Positions 1-14,509 are shown, numbered from the stretch's first letter. The stretch: 64,000 nt of DNA from Eledone cirrhosa (GCA_964016885.1 OZ024742.1:61690001-61754000), one strand, 5' to 3'. The notes: generated from the letters alone by a model not told the origin. Program-made: numbers and translations.

Positions 1-379
1 GAAGACCATGGACAATAGCACCAATGCTCATTCATCTATATTGTTGTTGACGGGTTGTATTGGGTTACATGTTACCAGTAGCGCTGATATTTCCTTAGAA
101 ATCTACTCCAAAATTAGTTAAAAACTTCACTTCGCAATCATAATTCTCGGACAAATGTCATTTACTTTACACCAAAATCCACCCAGGTATTATGAGCAAA
201 TTTGGGGTAGACAGAAATTGTTTGGAAGCTCGTCTGTTGAACTATACAAATGATTCAAAAGGTGACCTTCACGTTAACCTTCAAAAGGTCCCTCTTTTAC
301 CTTAATCTCCCTGGGAATTATTTTCAGGGCACATGTGTCAGTGTAATAAAGACAGGTTAAGTTGACAAGCAGACTTTCC

Positions 380-1200
380 TTTTATCGAACAACGGCAATA
401 CTTATCGTCGAACTCCAGTTGAGATCCTATTCCATTAAATTTCATTCAGAAAGTTAGATTTGCGAATCTCGATCAAAACTTATAACGAAGTCATATTCAA
501 TAGAGTATCAAATCTATACAATAACACATGAGTATCTAGCGACGTTCAAGAAATAATTGAATATCACAAACATACAGTCCCGTGTAAGGGGAAACACAAA
601 ATAAAGGTCACAGTGTATAATCCGCCATGTTCAATCAATTTTAGCACTTCGACTGGAAAAGAAATTTCACTTTCCTCCAAGGAATAAATATAGAAGAATT
701 TTCTATTTAAGTTCACTCAAAATAAGCTATTCAGTACTAACAATCTTCACAAATTCACTATCCTCCATTTTTAATGAACGATTCAAGTTAGAAAAACATG
801 AACAATATAACATCATACAATGCAACCACGATGCATATAACTTATGTCCAGTCGATGACAATTGTCTAGAAAAGTCAGTTATTGATGCAGCCACTGTCAC
901 GTTTAACATTAATCAGAAAAGAAGAGAATAGATTACATTGGAATGACAGTAACTCAATTTAAGATCAGATATAATCAGCATAATTATACATTTAGAAAAT
1001 CACTATAAATATTTGACACGAGCATAATGACACATACCTTGTGTTTGAAAAATAATAATCTAACTTACAATATCAGTTGACATATTTTAAAGAATGCAAT
1101 GTTTTATACGCAAGCTAATTCTTTTGTATCTTGTGCATCCTTGAAAATATTTTGATTTTAATATACAATAAAACGCTGAATGAGCACACTGAGTTTAATT
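380..1200 (+). mobile_element. Heavily decayed Penelope-like element (thumb-linker-GIY-YIG remnant)
   Basis: Manual translation gives VYNPPCSIN (~613), CPVDDNCLEKSVI (~845), DYIGMTVTQFKIRYNQH (~932) and a CILE-like end (~1135), matching the intact ORFs at 12719 and 62880; many stops and frameshifts. Confidence 0.75.
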
Positions 1201-1555
1201 CTTTTTCTGTGTCCTGAAAGGTCGATAAACCCTGAAAGATCGATTAAACACATTTTCCTTTTTTATATCTTTATGTATTGAACATTACAACAATGTTAAA
1301 ATGATATCCCCTTGAAACTAACTCTTTTGGCCTTTTCATAATAACTATGTACAATGGCTTCCATCTTCTGTATAACGACCCGTTTACACAAATCAATGTA
1401 CACATGATAATCATTGGACTATTTAAACACACGAATACACATTCATTCCATGACTATACACCTCGCCATAAAGGAGATTATTATAACTGGTGTCTAAGAA
1501 TTCGTAAAAACTATTGATTTGCAACCGATCTTCTCTTAATAATTGTTTCTTCTTT

Positions 1556-1733
1556 TGGCACAAGGCCAGCAAGTTGAAGGGAAAGTCGATTAAATCAATC
1601 ACAGTACATGACTGATTTTGTCGACCATGTCAATAAAAGGAAAATATGATGATGACGAAATTTGAATTCTGAAAGTAAAGGACTGAAACTTTATAATGCA
1701 AAGTATGTTCATCGCCGCTCTATCGATACTACC
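1556..1733 (-). mobile_element. Degenerate tRNA-derived SINE (family A)
   Basis: Reverse complement of the family A tail (ggcacaaggccagcaa...gtcgattaaatc) and B-box region seen at 6825 and 27052. Confidence 0.55.
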
Positions 1734-1894
1734 ATGCACCGCCCTATTTTCTGTTAATAACTGTTAATAAGTATTTACTTTGAGTATATATCATCTCAAG
1801 ACGACGCCGCTCATCAGACAACTTTCCCAATTAGTCCTTCACATTTTAAGGCATGAAAATATGATTGAGAGATATTCCGCTGGCATCTCGACCA

Positions 1895-2285
<391 letters not shown>

Positions 2286-3111
2286 GAAAAAAAGGAATCT
2301 CGATCAGGTTGAGTAAACATGTAGATGTTACCTCATTGGCTCGAAGGCCAGGCATTTAACAGTAGGATAAATCGCTTAAATAAACCTTCAGTATTCGATT
2401 TCAATATTTGATAACGAATTTGCAACACCGTGTCTGAATAAATGCTGCTTTGCCGTATTTGTTCTGGTGTTCTGAGTTCAAATCACAACTAGGTCACCTC
2501 CGTCTTGCATGCTTTTCGAGTTGATAAATAAATTACCAGCCTAGGGTTATGGATTTGGCGGAATGTAACAGCGTTGGGAGGCTTTTAAGATATATTCTAT
2601 ATAGATATGGATATAGATATAATGTATGTGTACGCCTACGCGCCCTGAATTCAAATTCCGCCTCCTATCAACGAGAAAAGTGGATCCTTCGGGACCTGAC
2701 ACCAACTGTGATGGACTCAGGTAAGGTTTCAGCAAATTCTTAAGTATTTCCGCTGATTACTTTCATTGCTAGCACACCAGCTTGCAATAAAGAATTTAAA
2801 AAATCGTTTGAGTCATGTATACTCCCTACTCTTCTAATCTATCGACTTCCGTACGATTAAATGCAACTCACCGTCAACTTGTTTCGATCTGATGATATAA
2901 AGGGACGTAACAGTAGAGTGTCCACTATCATCCGCTCTTTACAACCAGACAGTATTAAGATATTAACAACACTGTTTCATTATTTCAAAAATGAAAATTA
3001 CAGTCCTTGAAAAATATATGGAAGTCCTGTCATTATGGAATTATTTTGTTTGAGACTGCGACGATGCTGGGACACTATTTTGAAAGAATTAGCATATCAT
3101 ATCGACCCAGT

Positions 3112-3445
3112 ATGGTGACGAATTAACAGAGTCATTAGAAGTTTGGATAGCATGTTTTGCGGTATTAGTTTCGGCTCACTGCTCTCTGAGTCCAAATCAC
3201 GCCGAGGTTAACTTTGTCTTTCAACCATTCGAGGTCAATAAAAGAGTGCCAGTCTAGTACCGGTGTCGATTCTTCCTCTGTATCTCTTTCTCATTTCCAT
3301 TCCCTCAATCTCTATCCTTCTCTGGAAGAAATCTGCTCTATTCAGACCTGGGGAGGATTGAGCTCCGCCAGGTTTTAAAATCCCCTAGTAACGTCGTATG
3401 TCTATACAGTTCCCCTCAGGAGTTACGGGACCATGTATTCACTAT
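3112..3445 (+). mobile_element. SINE family A variant with extended tail
   Basis: ctgagtccaaatcacgccgaggttaactttgtctttc core; tail homologous to 2170-2285 and 16403-16510. Confidence 0.7.
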
Positions 3446-3811
3446 ATGGACCCAACACTTTTTTCAAGTCTGCTATATATTTTATTTATCTTTATTCGTA
3501 GAAACTTGGCATTTCAACAAACGTTGACAGCAAATTTTCTGAAACTCGTGGATATAAAAACTATTCTCATTCAGACATGATGATCCAAATAATGCTCCAT
3601 TTGTCTCGACGCTGTTGCACAATTTCAAATATTTTTGTTTTACGGTTGTTGTACTTATTCAATTCAAATAGGAGCCTTTCACTGATTTGATATTAAGTTA
3701 ATTGTTTCTATTTCCAAAGGAGAGAAGCGGAACGGTGACGATGTGAAAAATATTTCTTTATCTCGTTTTATTTTTATCTATTTATTATTATTATTATTAT
3801 TATTGTTATTA

Positions 3812-6800
3812 CTCTTTGAGTCTCAGTCATTGATGTTAGTTAACTGGAAAGTTTGTTGAAATGAATATCAAGCCATTACCTGCAGCCTCAGATATTCAGG
3901 ACGTATTGGAGGGTTCTTGCTGTTCCCAGCAAGCATGCCTTTTGAAGCGTTCCAAAAAGCGTGAAGGGGCCAATTTTCTTTAACCATTCCTGGAAATTTT
4001 TTGAGATAGTCCCTAGTGCGCCTATGACAATCGGGATCACTTTGACTTCATGGCAGTTCCAAATCCTTTTTACCTCCCACTTTAAGTCCTGGTATCGGTT
4101 AATTTTCTCCCTCTCTTTCTCTTGCACTCTCGTGTCGAATGGGCAGGCCACATCCACAATCAGGCACGATCTTTTTTCTTTGTCCAAAACCACCAGGTCA
4201 GGTCTATTGTGTTCCAGTTTCTTGTCCGTCTGTATCCTAAAATCCCACAGCACCTTCACCTGAGAGTTTTCTATCACCGCCTCTGGCTTATGCTCATACC
4301 ACTTCTCAGAATGTGGTAAATTGTTTACTTTGCATAGGTGCCAGTGGATCACCCTGCCCATCACATCATGCCTCCAGCCCTTATAGTGAGTCTGGGCTAG
4401 GTGTTTACACTCGGATACAATGTGAGCCACAGTCTCCTCTCTCTCTCTCCACAGATCCTGCACAGTGGGCTAGCCTCCTCCTTGTAAATGTGGTGTTTCA
4501 ACCACTTCGTTTTGAGGGCCTGCTCCTGCGCAGCCATTAACATTCCTTCTGTAGCCTTTTTAAGGTCTCCTCTTTTCAACCAGTTCCATGTCTGTGGATC
4601 TCTAAATTCAGTTTTCTCAAAGAAGGTACTATGAAGGGATTTTTCCTGAAGGCTGCTCTTTCTCCTTGATGTTATTTCCTCCTTGGACATCCCCTGGCCT
4701 ATTGTCCTCTCCTTCAGTACAGTTCTGAGCATTGGCTCCTTACTATCAGTCACGTATTTCTGTAGGTTGTTTTTCTCCATCTGAACACAGTCCTCTATGC
4801 TGATAAGACCTCTTCCACCTTCAGATCTCCTTAAGTAGAGTCTATCGACATCACTCCTCTTGTGGAACATATTGTAGATAGTCAATAGCTTCCTAGTCTT
4901 CCTATCCATTTCTTTTTGTTCAGCAACATTCCATCTCAGAATTCCCGCACTGTACCTAATAATAGACACAGCTCGGGAATTTACTGCACTTATGGCATTC
5001 CTACTGTTCAGATGTGACTTTAATACGCTCCTTACTCTCCGAAGGTATTCAGTTCTTATCAATTCCTTCATTTTTTTTGTTCTTGATGTCATCAGCCTCC
5101 AGAACGCCCAAATACTTGTATCCTTCCTCAGAGTCAATTTCCTTTATCATCTCACCTGTTGGTATCTGGATTCCGTTACTTCTGCTCAACTTACCCCTCC
5201 TCATCATAATGACTCCACACTTACTAATACCAAATTACATACATATATCATTGCTGAAAATATGGACAGTGTCAACAAGCACATCCAACTCCTTCTCACT
5301 CTTCCCGAAGAGCTTAAGATCGTCCAGGAAGAGGAGGTGATTGATGGTAAGCCCTCCCTTTCCCAACCTGTATCCTGCTCTCACTTTTCGCAGTACACTG
5401 GTCAGGGGCATCAGGGCAAGGACAAACAACAGAGGGGACAGACTATCTCCCTGGAAGATACCTCTCTTGATCTTCACGCTTCCCAAGGATTCTCCAGTTG
5501 ATGTTAACTCTGTTTCCCAGGACTTCATACTTTTGCCCAACAACTGTCTGATGTTTTCTGCCACCTTGAAGATCTCCAGGCTTTTGGTGATCCAAGAATG
5601 AGGGACCATGTCAAATGCCTTTTTATAGTCTATCCATCCCATGGCAAGACCAGTGTGTCTCCTCTTGCAATTCCTCATTACCATCCTATCAATATGTAAC
5701 TGGTCCTTTGCACCACGTCACTTCTTTCGGCATCCTTTCTGTTCGTCCGGTAACAAGTTTTTTGTGTGGAGGTGATGGTATATTTCCTCAGACATAATGC
5801 TTGTCAACAGTTTCCACATTACGGACCGACATGTGATAGGTCTATAGTTGGTAACATCATTACCCTTGATTCGGTCTTTCATTATCAGAACTGTGGTACC
5901 TTTTGTCAACCACTCTGATACCTCACCTGACATCAAGCAGTCATTGAACATGGTTGTCAGTTTCGGGTGGAGGGATGTTATGTTTTTAATCCAATATCCC
6001 TGCACACCATCTGAGCCAGGTGATTTCCAGTTGGTTAGTTTTTTGGCCTGCCCCTTATGAGTTTCAACTGTGATACTCAAATCAGTTTGTTGGTGTGCCT
6101 GTTCACTGATCTCCTTCTGTACTGTTTCAATCTACACTGCCTGGTCATTATGTTTAACATCCTGCTCCCATATTCCTCTCCAGAATGTTTTAGTTTGTTC
6201 CGCCTCAGGGATCAAGTCGTTGCCTCTTTCTTTCCCTTCAAGCTGTCCAAACAGCATCTTCTGGTTGTTGTCGAACATGCCGTTCTGTCTATACTGACTG
6301 ACTCTGTTCTCGTATCGCCTAATTGTTGCACTCTTTGCTACAATGCGTTGCTTCAGTTCCTCTATGATAATATTTAGCTTTTTCCTCCTAGTTTTGTACT
6401 TTATTTCCAGTCTATTTTTAGTGTCTATGTTTTTTAGTGTCCCATTCAGTAGGGACTCAAGCTTTCCAATGTCATTTCTCATTTCCCTGATTTGACCACT
6501 CAGTCGTTTCTTCCACCAAGGCTCTGCTCTTTCTTGTCTGTTGTTTCCTCTCGGTTTTATACCAAGTAGTTTCCTCACCGTATTTGCTGTTGCTTTGAGG
6601 ATATTGTTGCACTGGTGAAGGCTCCTCGCCTCAAGGTATAGGATGACTTTGTTTACCTTAGCTGTTGTTTCTTTTAACTTTTTCTGTCTACAAATCTTAG
6701 GTTCATAGGTTTCCCACTATCATTGTTCATTTCATCTACCACTAAGTTTAGGATATCAACCAAATCTTGTCCTAGCCCGTCAGCATTCATTTCCTCAATG

Positions 6801-7598
6801 GCCGTATCTTTGTTCCAGGTATTTTGGCTTGGCAGTATCGGTAGAGTGTCGGACGCCATGCTTTCCAGCATAGTTACGTCCCTTTGCGGTCTGAGTTCAA
6901 ATCCCACCGAGGTTAACTTTGCCTTTCATCCTTACGGGGTCGATAAAATAAAGTACCAGTAATGCGCTGGGTAATTGATGGCCTTGTGCCAAATGTAGAA
7001 ACAATTATTTATTTCAGCATTCAGATCATTGTCTGCTTCGGATGGTTCCTCCGTTCTCTCAACCTCTTCACCTTCATTTCCCACTGGCTTGTTTGCCTGG
7101 CATACTCCACTCTCCATTTCCAACCTAATCTCTCTGCTCAGTTCCTCCAGTTCCAGCTCGCTTATCCACCCATTAGTTCTTATTACCCGAGCCTGCCCGG
7201 CCAATTTGTGTTCATCTAATTTAAATAGACCAATCTCGTTCCAGATGTTATGCATCCGTTTCCCATAGCCTTTTTCCTTGGGGTTACTCTTCAGGTAACA
7301 TTGCATAACAGTTCTATTCATTTCTTTCGTCCAGTTGGTTCTGGTCCCTTTCCTTCTTCTTCCTCCAACGCCAGCAGTATTTGGATGACAGCCAGGTCCC
7401 TGCTGCTGGGCCAGGGAGCACCTTCTGGGTGAGAGTCTGTCACATGGCATTCCAGTCTCCACTTCACCGTTATTCGAACTGTTTAGGTTCGACATTCAAG
7501 CCCTCATATCGAGGATTGGTGAATGTATGGTTACATAACTACCGGTGATTTCATCACCCTCGGTGATTTTAGCGTGGCACCGTCACGCTGTAGACGAA
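3812..7598 (-). mobile_element. Near-full-length, frameshifted non-LTR retrotransposon of R4/Dong type (RT plus C-terminal restriction-like endonuclease)
   Basis: Collinear ORF pieces 7495->3888: N-terminal RTNWTKEMN..QCY, KSPGSDG, NYRPITC, DYKKAFDMVPH, GIFQGDSLSP, LLFLDDLKL, CRIC..ETVAHIVSEC zinc knuckle, RHD, RPDLVV..D..K..RY endonuclease; 3' UTR runs into (TAA)n at 3782-3811. Confidence 0.93.
6825..7005 (+). mobile_element. tRNA-derived SINE (family A) inserted into the Dong LINE
   Basis: A-box-like tggcagtatcggtag, B box gagttcaaatccc, tail ggccttgtgcc; TATTT repeated at 6820-6824 and 7006-7010. Confidence 0.88.
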
Positions 7599-8569
7599 CA
7601 TACATAAACAAACAAACAAACCTGAAAAAAAATCAAAAAAAACACACAAATTTCATTGTAATGTTTGAATGTCTGACTTAGCTTTTCTTTCCTTTTTCTC
7701 TCTCCCTTTTTTGTTTGTTTTTCACCTTTGCGTTTTTCGTTTTACAAGGCCAGTAACATCGGTTACTAGTGTTGCTGTTGCTGCTGCTGCTGCTAAGGGA
7801 AGTAGGGGTTGTTGTGTTCAAAACTTTTGAAACCCGTGTCCGTTGTTGCGTTTGCCTCTGTCTGTGTTCTGTCTATAATTTTTCGACTATAATTTTTTCT
7901 ATAATTTTTTTCCCTTTCATCCCTACGTGGCCGACACCACAAAGCACCTGCAACACACCGGGACAATTGCTGGCCCCGTGCCAAAAGCAGAAGCACTTAT
8001 TATTATTATATTATAGTTTAGATTTGACATTATTTAAACTAACATTTTGAGAGAGTTTAGAGATATAACAACATAATTATTTTGGTGTTGTTGTTGTTGT
8101 TGTTAGCTATTTGACCGAGTCACTAACCCAGTCTATTTATATCTTTTGATACCTTCATCGTTTCTTTTCATGTGTAGCGGCACCACCGCCCCTCTCTTAA
8201 GTAGTGAGGGAACAGTGGCGGTAGCGATGATGCAGTGACGACGGTGGTGATGGGGCAGCAGTACTATAGGGATGGTGCCGGTCTTTATTTGGCTAGATTT
8301 TATTGTGGTAGTGGTGATGGTGATGGTGGCTACGGCGGCGGCGGTGGTGCTGGTGGTGAAGTTATTTGGCTGTTGTTTTCTAGCCATTTTCTTTTCTGAC
8401 TATAAGATTTCTGGTACAAAATTAAATATTAAATTAAATATTAAATATTGGAGCCCTATGCTGTAATGTGATGTGTTGCCACTTCTTGAGAGTTAGACTG
8501 ATATCTTACGTTTCATTTGTAATAAGAATTATCCTATCACAATTGTTTTATTATTATTATTATTATTGT

Positions 8570-8779
8570 TCTTTGAGTCTCAGTCATTGATGTTAGTTAA
8601 CTGGAAAGTTTGTTGAAATGAATATCAAGCCACTACCTGCAGCCTCAGATATTCAGGACGTATCGGAGGGTTCTTGCTGTTCCCAGCAAGCATGCCTTTT
8701 GAAGTGTTCCAAAAAGCGGGGCGGGACCAATTTTCTTTAACCATCCCTGGAAACTTTTTGAGATAGTACCTAGTGCGCC

Positions 8780-8780
<1 letters not shown>
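8570..8780 (-). mobile_element. 5'-truncated copy of the same Dong/R4 LINE (3' end)
   Basis: Near-identical to 3812-4023; flanked on both sides by (TAA)n/(TTA)n. Confidence 0.92.
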
Positions 8781-8835
<55 letters not shown>

Positions 8836-9617
8836 TTGTTCAAGTAACTCAAAACGTAATGTTTATACAACCAAATTTCATTTAATTTGATTCGAGTAGG
8901 ACTTTTTATGTGGACATGTGTAGGTTATTATATCATTTATTGCAAGTCAGCTAACTATTTTAGAGAAACATGGGTCATTGTAGCAGCGATATAGCAATAA
9001 AAACAAAGTGGAATAGAAACTTCTTAAAATTGAAATCGAATTCAGTAAAATAAAACATTCATATTGATCATTCGATCATTTGTATAAATAACGAAACTCA
9101 ATCTACTTTCAATCAAAATTAAATTATTTTGAACTATTTTTCATATTTCTTTGTTTTCCTTTCTATAAACTTGACCATAATTAAAACCCAAGTGAAAAAG
9201 AAATCCAAGTGAGATTTTTTAATTAAATATAAAATGTATATCATGTAACTATTTGAAATTCCATTTTTTTTACTGTGGAGTGGGGGGACAAGATCTCAGA
9301 ATTAAAACACAGTCTACCACAAAATCTTCTATTTTTTGTTTCAAATTCAAACAAATTTACAAAAAGAGATGAAGTATAGAAAATAAGATAGGGAAATAAA
9401 TGGATTTTTTTTCAAACGGCATTCTAATCAGACTTTAAAACTATTCCACCTCACGCTACTTTACGGAACAGATGCAAAAGAAACATGGATGAAAATGTAA
9501 TGTAAAAATTATAGGCTTTTAACATCCATTTTCCCCTTTTGGCATCAGTAAATTATAATTTTTTCATTAAATATAGTACTTTTCAATATCTCTTGTGTGT
9601 GTCTGAGTCAGTATCTA

Positions 9618-10085
<468 letters not shown>

Positions 10086-10419
10086 GTTTCAAAACATTAC
10101 TATTTAACATTTTTCGTTATAGAAAACTGGGCTTTAATAAAGGGAAGAAAAAGAAAAAGTAGAGAATATCTGAAATTAAGTTTTTCATCGTTGTTTTTAT
10201 TTTATTTTACTCTATTAGCTTTGTATTGTGTTATAGATTTTAAATTTATTCAATGCATTTTTCCACTGCAGTTTGCAGCTGCATAGAAATGCAGAAGAAA
10301 TATGGCGACCTATTTTTATCTAATTATCAGTTCTCGTTTGATCAAGTAATGGCAAAGTTAAAGCAATCACTTCATGAGATGAAGAATTGGTTATTTCTTG
10401 CTTTATGAAATATATTCTA

Positions 10420-10655
10420 TATGATATAAGCGGAATCAGGAGCTGCTTACATGAAGAATATTGCGCTGGTACGAATATATAATGCGTGGATGAAAACAAG
10501 TTGAATAAAAGAACAGAAGATCCCTGTAGAAGGAAGCCTCGAAACATGACCAAAGAGAGCATGAGCAGATGTGTTCATGACAAAGGGTGGAAAAAATCGT
10601 GAAGGTTCTCTACTAAAGATAATCTATCCAGCCCATGCTAACATAGACGTTGAAA
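10420..10655 (+). mobile_element. Decayed RTE-like LINE 3' fragment
   Basis: Translates LRWYEYIMR... and PVEGS..PKRA.ADV, resembling the LRWYGHVxR...RGRPKxxW end of RTE ORFs. Confidence 0.4.
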
Positions 10656-10899
10656 AACATATTCATCATACATATTATAAATGTTATGATACTTTAAATT
10701 ACTATATATCTGCTCCAAATTCTTAATTTGTTGAGCTGCTTGTGCTGTGAATGGTACATCGCATCTTCTTCTAGCGGACGAGACGTCCAGTCCTATTTAT
10801 ATCTGCCGTCACTGTTAAAAATTAACACGATATATGGATTGACTACATGACTTATATAAAGATATTTTGTACTTTAATGGAACTTATAATAAGATGATA

Positions 10900-11025
10900 T
10901 CCTCTGAAGATAGATTTCGCGTCTTCCGGACCTATACCAAAATCGATAGTTGGTAATCGATGATCGATTACTTAGATCGATGTTCACTTCGGTTTTTTCG
11001 AACTGTGAAACGATGGCCGTAAGGA
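10900..11025 (+). ncRNA. Type I hammerhead ribozyme with long stem II insert
   Basis: tcct-CTGAAGA-[~95 nt]-GAAACG atggc CGTA-agga; stem I tcct/agga, stem III acg/cgt, GUA triplet. Flank 10652-10708 is homologous to 16095-16150. Confidence 0.65.
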
Positions 11026-11096
11026 AAATGATAACTTTTCCACTTTCTAGTATATACTGTTTCCTAAATATGATGTGCTTTATATATATATATATA

Positions 11097-11225
11097 AAAC
11101 CGACCAAACAGTGAGTGTGTTCTGTTATTAATTCTGGCAATATTACACAAATATGACCCTCCCCAAGTATAACAATATTTGTTTCGACACACGATTTCAT
11201 ATCTAAAAAACCTCGCAAAACTAAT
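11097..11225 (+). mobile_element. PLE terminal fragment inside (TA)n
   Basis: Near-identical to 24770-24896; its reverse complement is related to the PLE end at 47562-47612. Confidence 0.75.
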
Positions 11226-11249
11226 ATATATATATATATATATATAAAC

Positions 11250-12716
11250 GTTAGAATATGTGTAATAAGGCCAAGACAATGCAGGTATGGACATAGAAAA
11301 AAGAATGCAATAGTGAAAGATATTGATGTGAATTCGTCTTTCACCTTGAATTTATTTAAATGTCCTTAATTTTCGAGATAATATCTCTTCTTCGGAGGGA
11401 AGTAAAGGTCTCAAACCAGCGTCTTTAAATCTCTAATGAAGCCATGCTGACCGGAAATAGTATAGAGTATCTGTTCTAACTTTAATATCAAATAATTAAA
11501 ATTAGGTGGATAAAGAGTAGTCTCCCTTTAAGAGGGGTTTGTTTATGTTTTGTTTTTGTTTTGTTTTATTAAATTTTATATGCGTGCCTGTATATGTGTG
11601 TGGGAGAATGCATGAAGGTGTAGGTATGTGGGTGTGTGTGTGTGAGTGTGGGAAGATAGGTCTAATCGTAAAAGTGGGGGGTAGGTGTTATCTGGTGTTA
11701 GAACTGGTTTTGTGTGTGTAAGTGTGAGAGAGAATAAGTGGAGGTGTGCGCGTGCGTGTGTGTGGGGTGTGTAAAAATGGGGCTAGAGGCCCTATCAGGT
11801 TATAAATTGGGTGTTGAGCTCTAGTCTATTATTGATTGGTGGATGTGTTCTATCTATAATAAGTGCTTCCTTGATTCTAAGATTGCCGAGGTTTCTTTCC
11901 TTAGTTTCTATCCTAACTGTTATGTTTTTATCGGTGTTTTTGCATTTAACTAGGTGTTTCTTAAATGAGGAAGCGTTAGTATTGAGGTGTTCTTTTATTC
12001 TTATGTGGAGTGGTCTGGTGGTGCTACCTACGTAGAAGTTGTTGCATTTGTCACACTCTAGTCTGTATACTACGTAAGCCTGGTGGCATAGGTCTGTGTC
12101 GTTGATGGGGCAGTTGGCTAGTCTGCAGCAGTTGTCATGTCTGGTGGAGTGTCTCTTAGTCAGCCGTCCGCGCAAAGAAGGACCCGAGTGGGCCAGTTGA
12201 ATATCCAGACCCTCTCGTCTGATGGCTCTGCGGATGGCTGTTGTTGTTTCTTCACTGAAGTGTGGGAGCTTCAGGAAGCAAGTGTTAGTGCCTCGGGTGT
12301 GGTGTCCTGTTCTTTCTGGCACGGTTTGTGGTGGATGTCGTGTATCCGTTCAGTTTGAGTACTTCCAGGAAATGTGTGGTGTGTGTGTCTCGGTCTCTGG
12401 CGTCGGTGCATTTGTTCTTGATACGTGCCAGTTCGTTCTTTATGTATCCGAACTTGGCACCGAGTGGGAGGGCCGATCTGAAATGTACGAACAGGTCCTT
12501 GCTGGCGGATTTTTTATAGAAGCAGGTGTGGATGTTGCCTTCCTCTGTTACCCTGAGTTGGAAGTCCAGCAGAGATAGGGATCCGCGGTCATCGGGGTGT
12601 TCTATGCTGAACTTTATACTGGCGTCCATGCTGGAGAATGTTGTGTATATTTTCTCTGCCTCCTCACGGGATGATGTAAGGATGAGTATGTCATCTACAT
12701 ATCGGGTGAAGAAGGC
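11250..12716 (-). mobile_element. 5'-truncated Penelope-like element (Penelope/Poseidon-like): RT C-terminus, thumb, GIY-YIG
   Basis: FFTRYVDDILI at ~12710, KFSIEH..LSLLD..YKKS thumb (ORF 12285-12629), frameshift, then VVYRLECDKCNNFYVGSTTRPLHIRIKEH...EALII..PPINN (ORF 11795-12322). Confidence 0.92.
11363..11400 (-). ncRNA. Minimal hammerhead-like motif (U4C core) in PLE 3' UTR
   Basis: Minus strand tccct-CCGAAGA-a-gagat atta tctc-GAAAATT-aagga. Confidence 0.5.
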
Positions 12717-14509
12717 ATATGTATATGTATATGTATATGTGTGTGTCTAATGGTACACATTTCGAGATTAGTGTTAATGAACAGGATAGACCCCCTGAAC
12801 GTTCACCCAGTGGTAATGGTTTAGCGGCTTCTAATAGTGTTAATTCAATTGGTCCTCACATAAACCCTGATCCTATAAATAAAATACGAGATAGAAATAG
12901 AAATAGTAAAGGTAAGAATAGGAGAAGGCTTAATACCTACTTTAACCCACCTTATAATCATGAAGTACTAACTAATATCCCTAGGTCTTTCCTTTCTATT
13001 TTAGAGAAAAATTTCCCTCCTACTAATAAATACCATAGTATCTTTAATAAGAATGTAATTAAACTCCCCTTCTCTACTACCCCTAACATTAATTCTCATC
13101 TAGCTAGCACTAATAATAGGAAAATTAGGGACAGCTACTGCTCTTTACTTACCACTAATCTAGATAGCGCTATTAATAACTTACCACCCGAGCAGCTCTT
13201 ATCTTCTATTAACCCTAGGAATAATACTTCGCGTAATCAGCTAATCACTAATACCCGGAAGTGTAATTGTAGATTAAGTAATAACTGCCCTTTAAATGGT
13301 CACTGCCTCTCTAGGAATATTGTTTATGCATGTGATGTTAAGACTAATTCTTCTTGTAAAACATATATAGGCTCCACATCTAATACTTTTAAAACTAGAT
13401 TTAATTCACATGTATCTAATTTTAAGCATATCAAATTTAAAAACTCTACTTCTTTGGCACACCATATCTGGGATTTAAAAGGGACTGGTATACCATACAG
13501 TCTGCATTGGCGTATCGTAGCCCACTCTAATCACCTTTCAACCCACGCTAAGTTCTGTAATCTTTGTATCCTAGAGACCCATTCTATAATTTTCTCTAGG
13601 AACGTATTGCTTAATAGAAAATCGGAAATATTTTCTTCCTGTCCGCATGCTATATCTAATTCCTTCTTCTATTATAAACCTAAAAGCTCTGATAGTTTAA
13701 ACCGTATCCATTAGCTGCCTTGTTTCCTTATCTCTTTAGTTTTAGTTCATTATTATTATTATTATTAGTTTTTTACGGTTTATTGATTTTAGTTTTTCTA
13801 GTCTTTTAGCTATCTTAGCCTATTTAGCATCTTTACCATTATTACTTTTTTACTCACCCTTGTCGCCTTATATATATTTCTATCCTTATTGTCATCCATG
13901 GTTGGAGGGTATCTTATTGAATAGTTTAATTTTAGTCTCCTGCATCTAAGGCTAATGAACCTCGTCCTTTCTACACTTAGTCTTCGCCTTTTGAATATAT
14001 GTGAATTTTTCTTTTATGTTCCTTCCTACCCTCCGTAGTTTCACTTCTTTCTGTTCCTATTTGTCTACCATAGTTTTAATTGGAGTCTTTACTTTGATAA
14101 CGTAAGTCGTCAAGACGATTTTTAATATATCCTTGATACATCTTTTAGCTTATTTATTGAAATATTTTGATCTTTTTCGGATTTGATGACTGAAATTTTA
14201 TTCCATATGAAGTGACCCATAATGTCCATTCAACTATTATAATATTAATTAAATTAATAAGAGTTTCATTTCATTTTTTTGTTTTAGAATAGTAATATCA
14301 TCTATATTTACCTAACGGTTTGTAGCGACCACGTGATTTTGTGTCTGTGCTTGTTTTTTGTTTTTGTTTTCGTCTTATTTTATTTTATTTTACTACCACT
14401 TACTGTCTGCATTTCCTACATCTATCACATGTGTCCTTGAATTCATCGCGTAAATATGTCTGAAGCTTTTACCCTTGATATTGTGTGAAATATTAATATT
14501 AATATATTA

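Noticed and set aside
3961-6377. Plus-strand ORFs over the Dong LINE
   Set aside because: Antisense shadows of the minus-strand coding sequence.
6825-6910. tRNA gene
   Set aside because: A/B boxes belong to a multi-copy SINE head; no full cloverleaf.
8133-8387. 84-aa ORF as a host exon
   Set aside because: Low-complexity triplet-rich sequence with no recognisable domain or supported splice structure.
12719-13714. Stand-alone or domesticated GIY-YIG gene
   Set aside because: The start codon comes from a microsatellite; relatives at 23589 and 42759 show the upstream RT/thumb, so 5' truncation is sufficient explanation.
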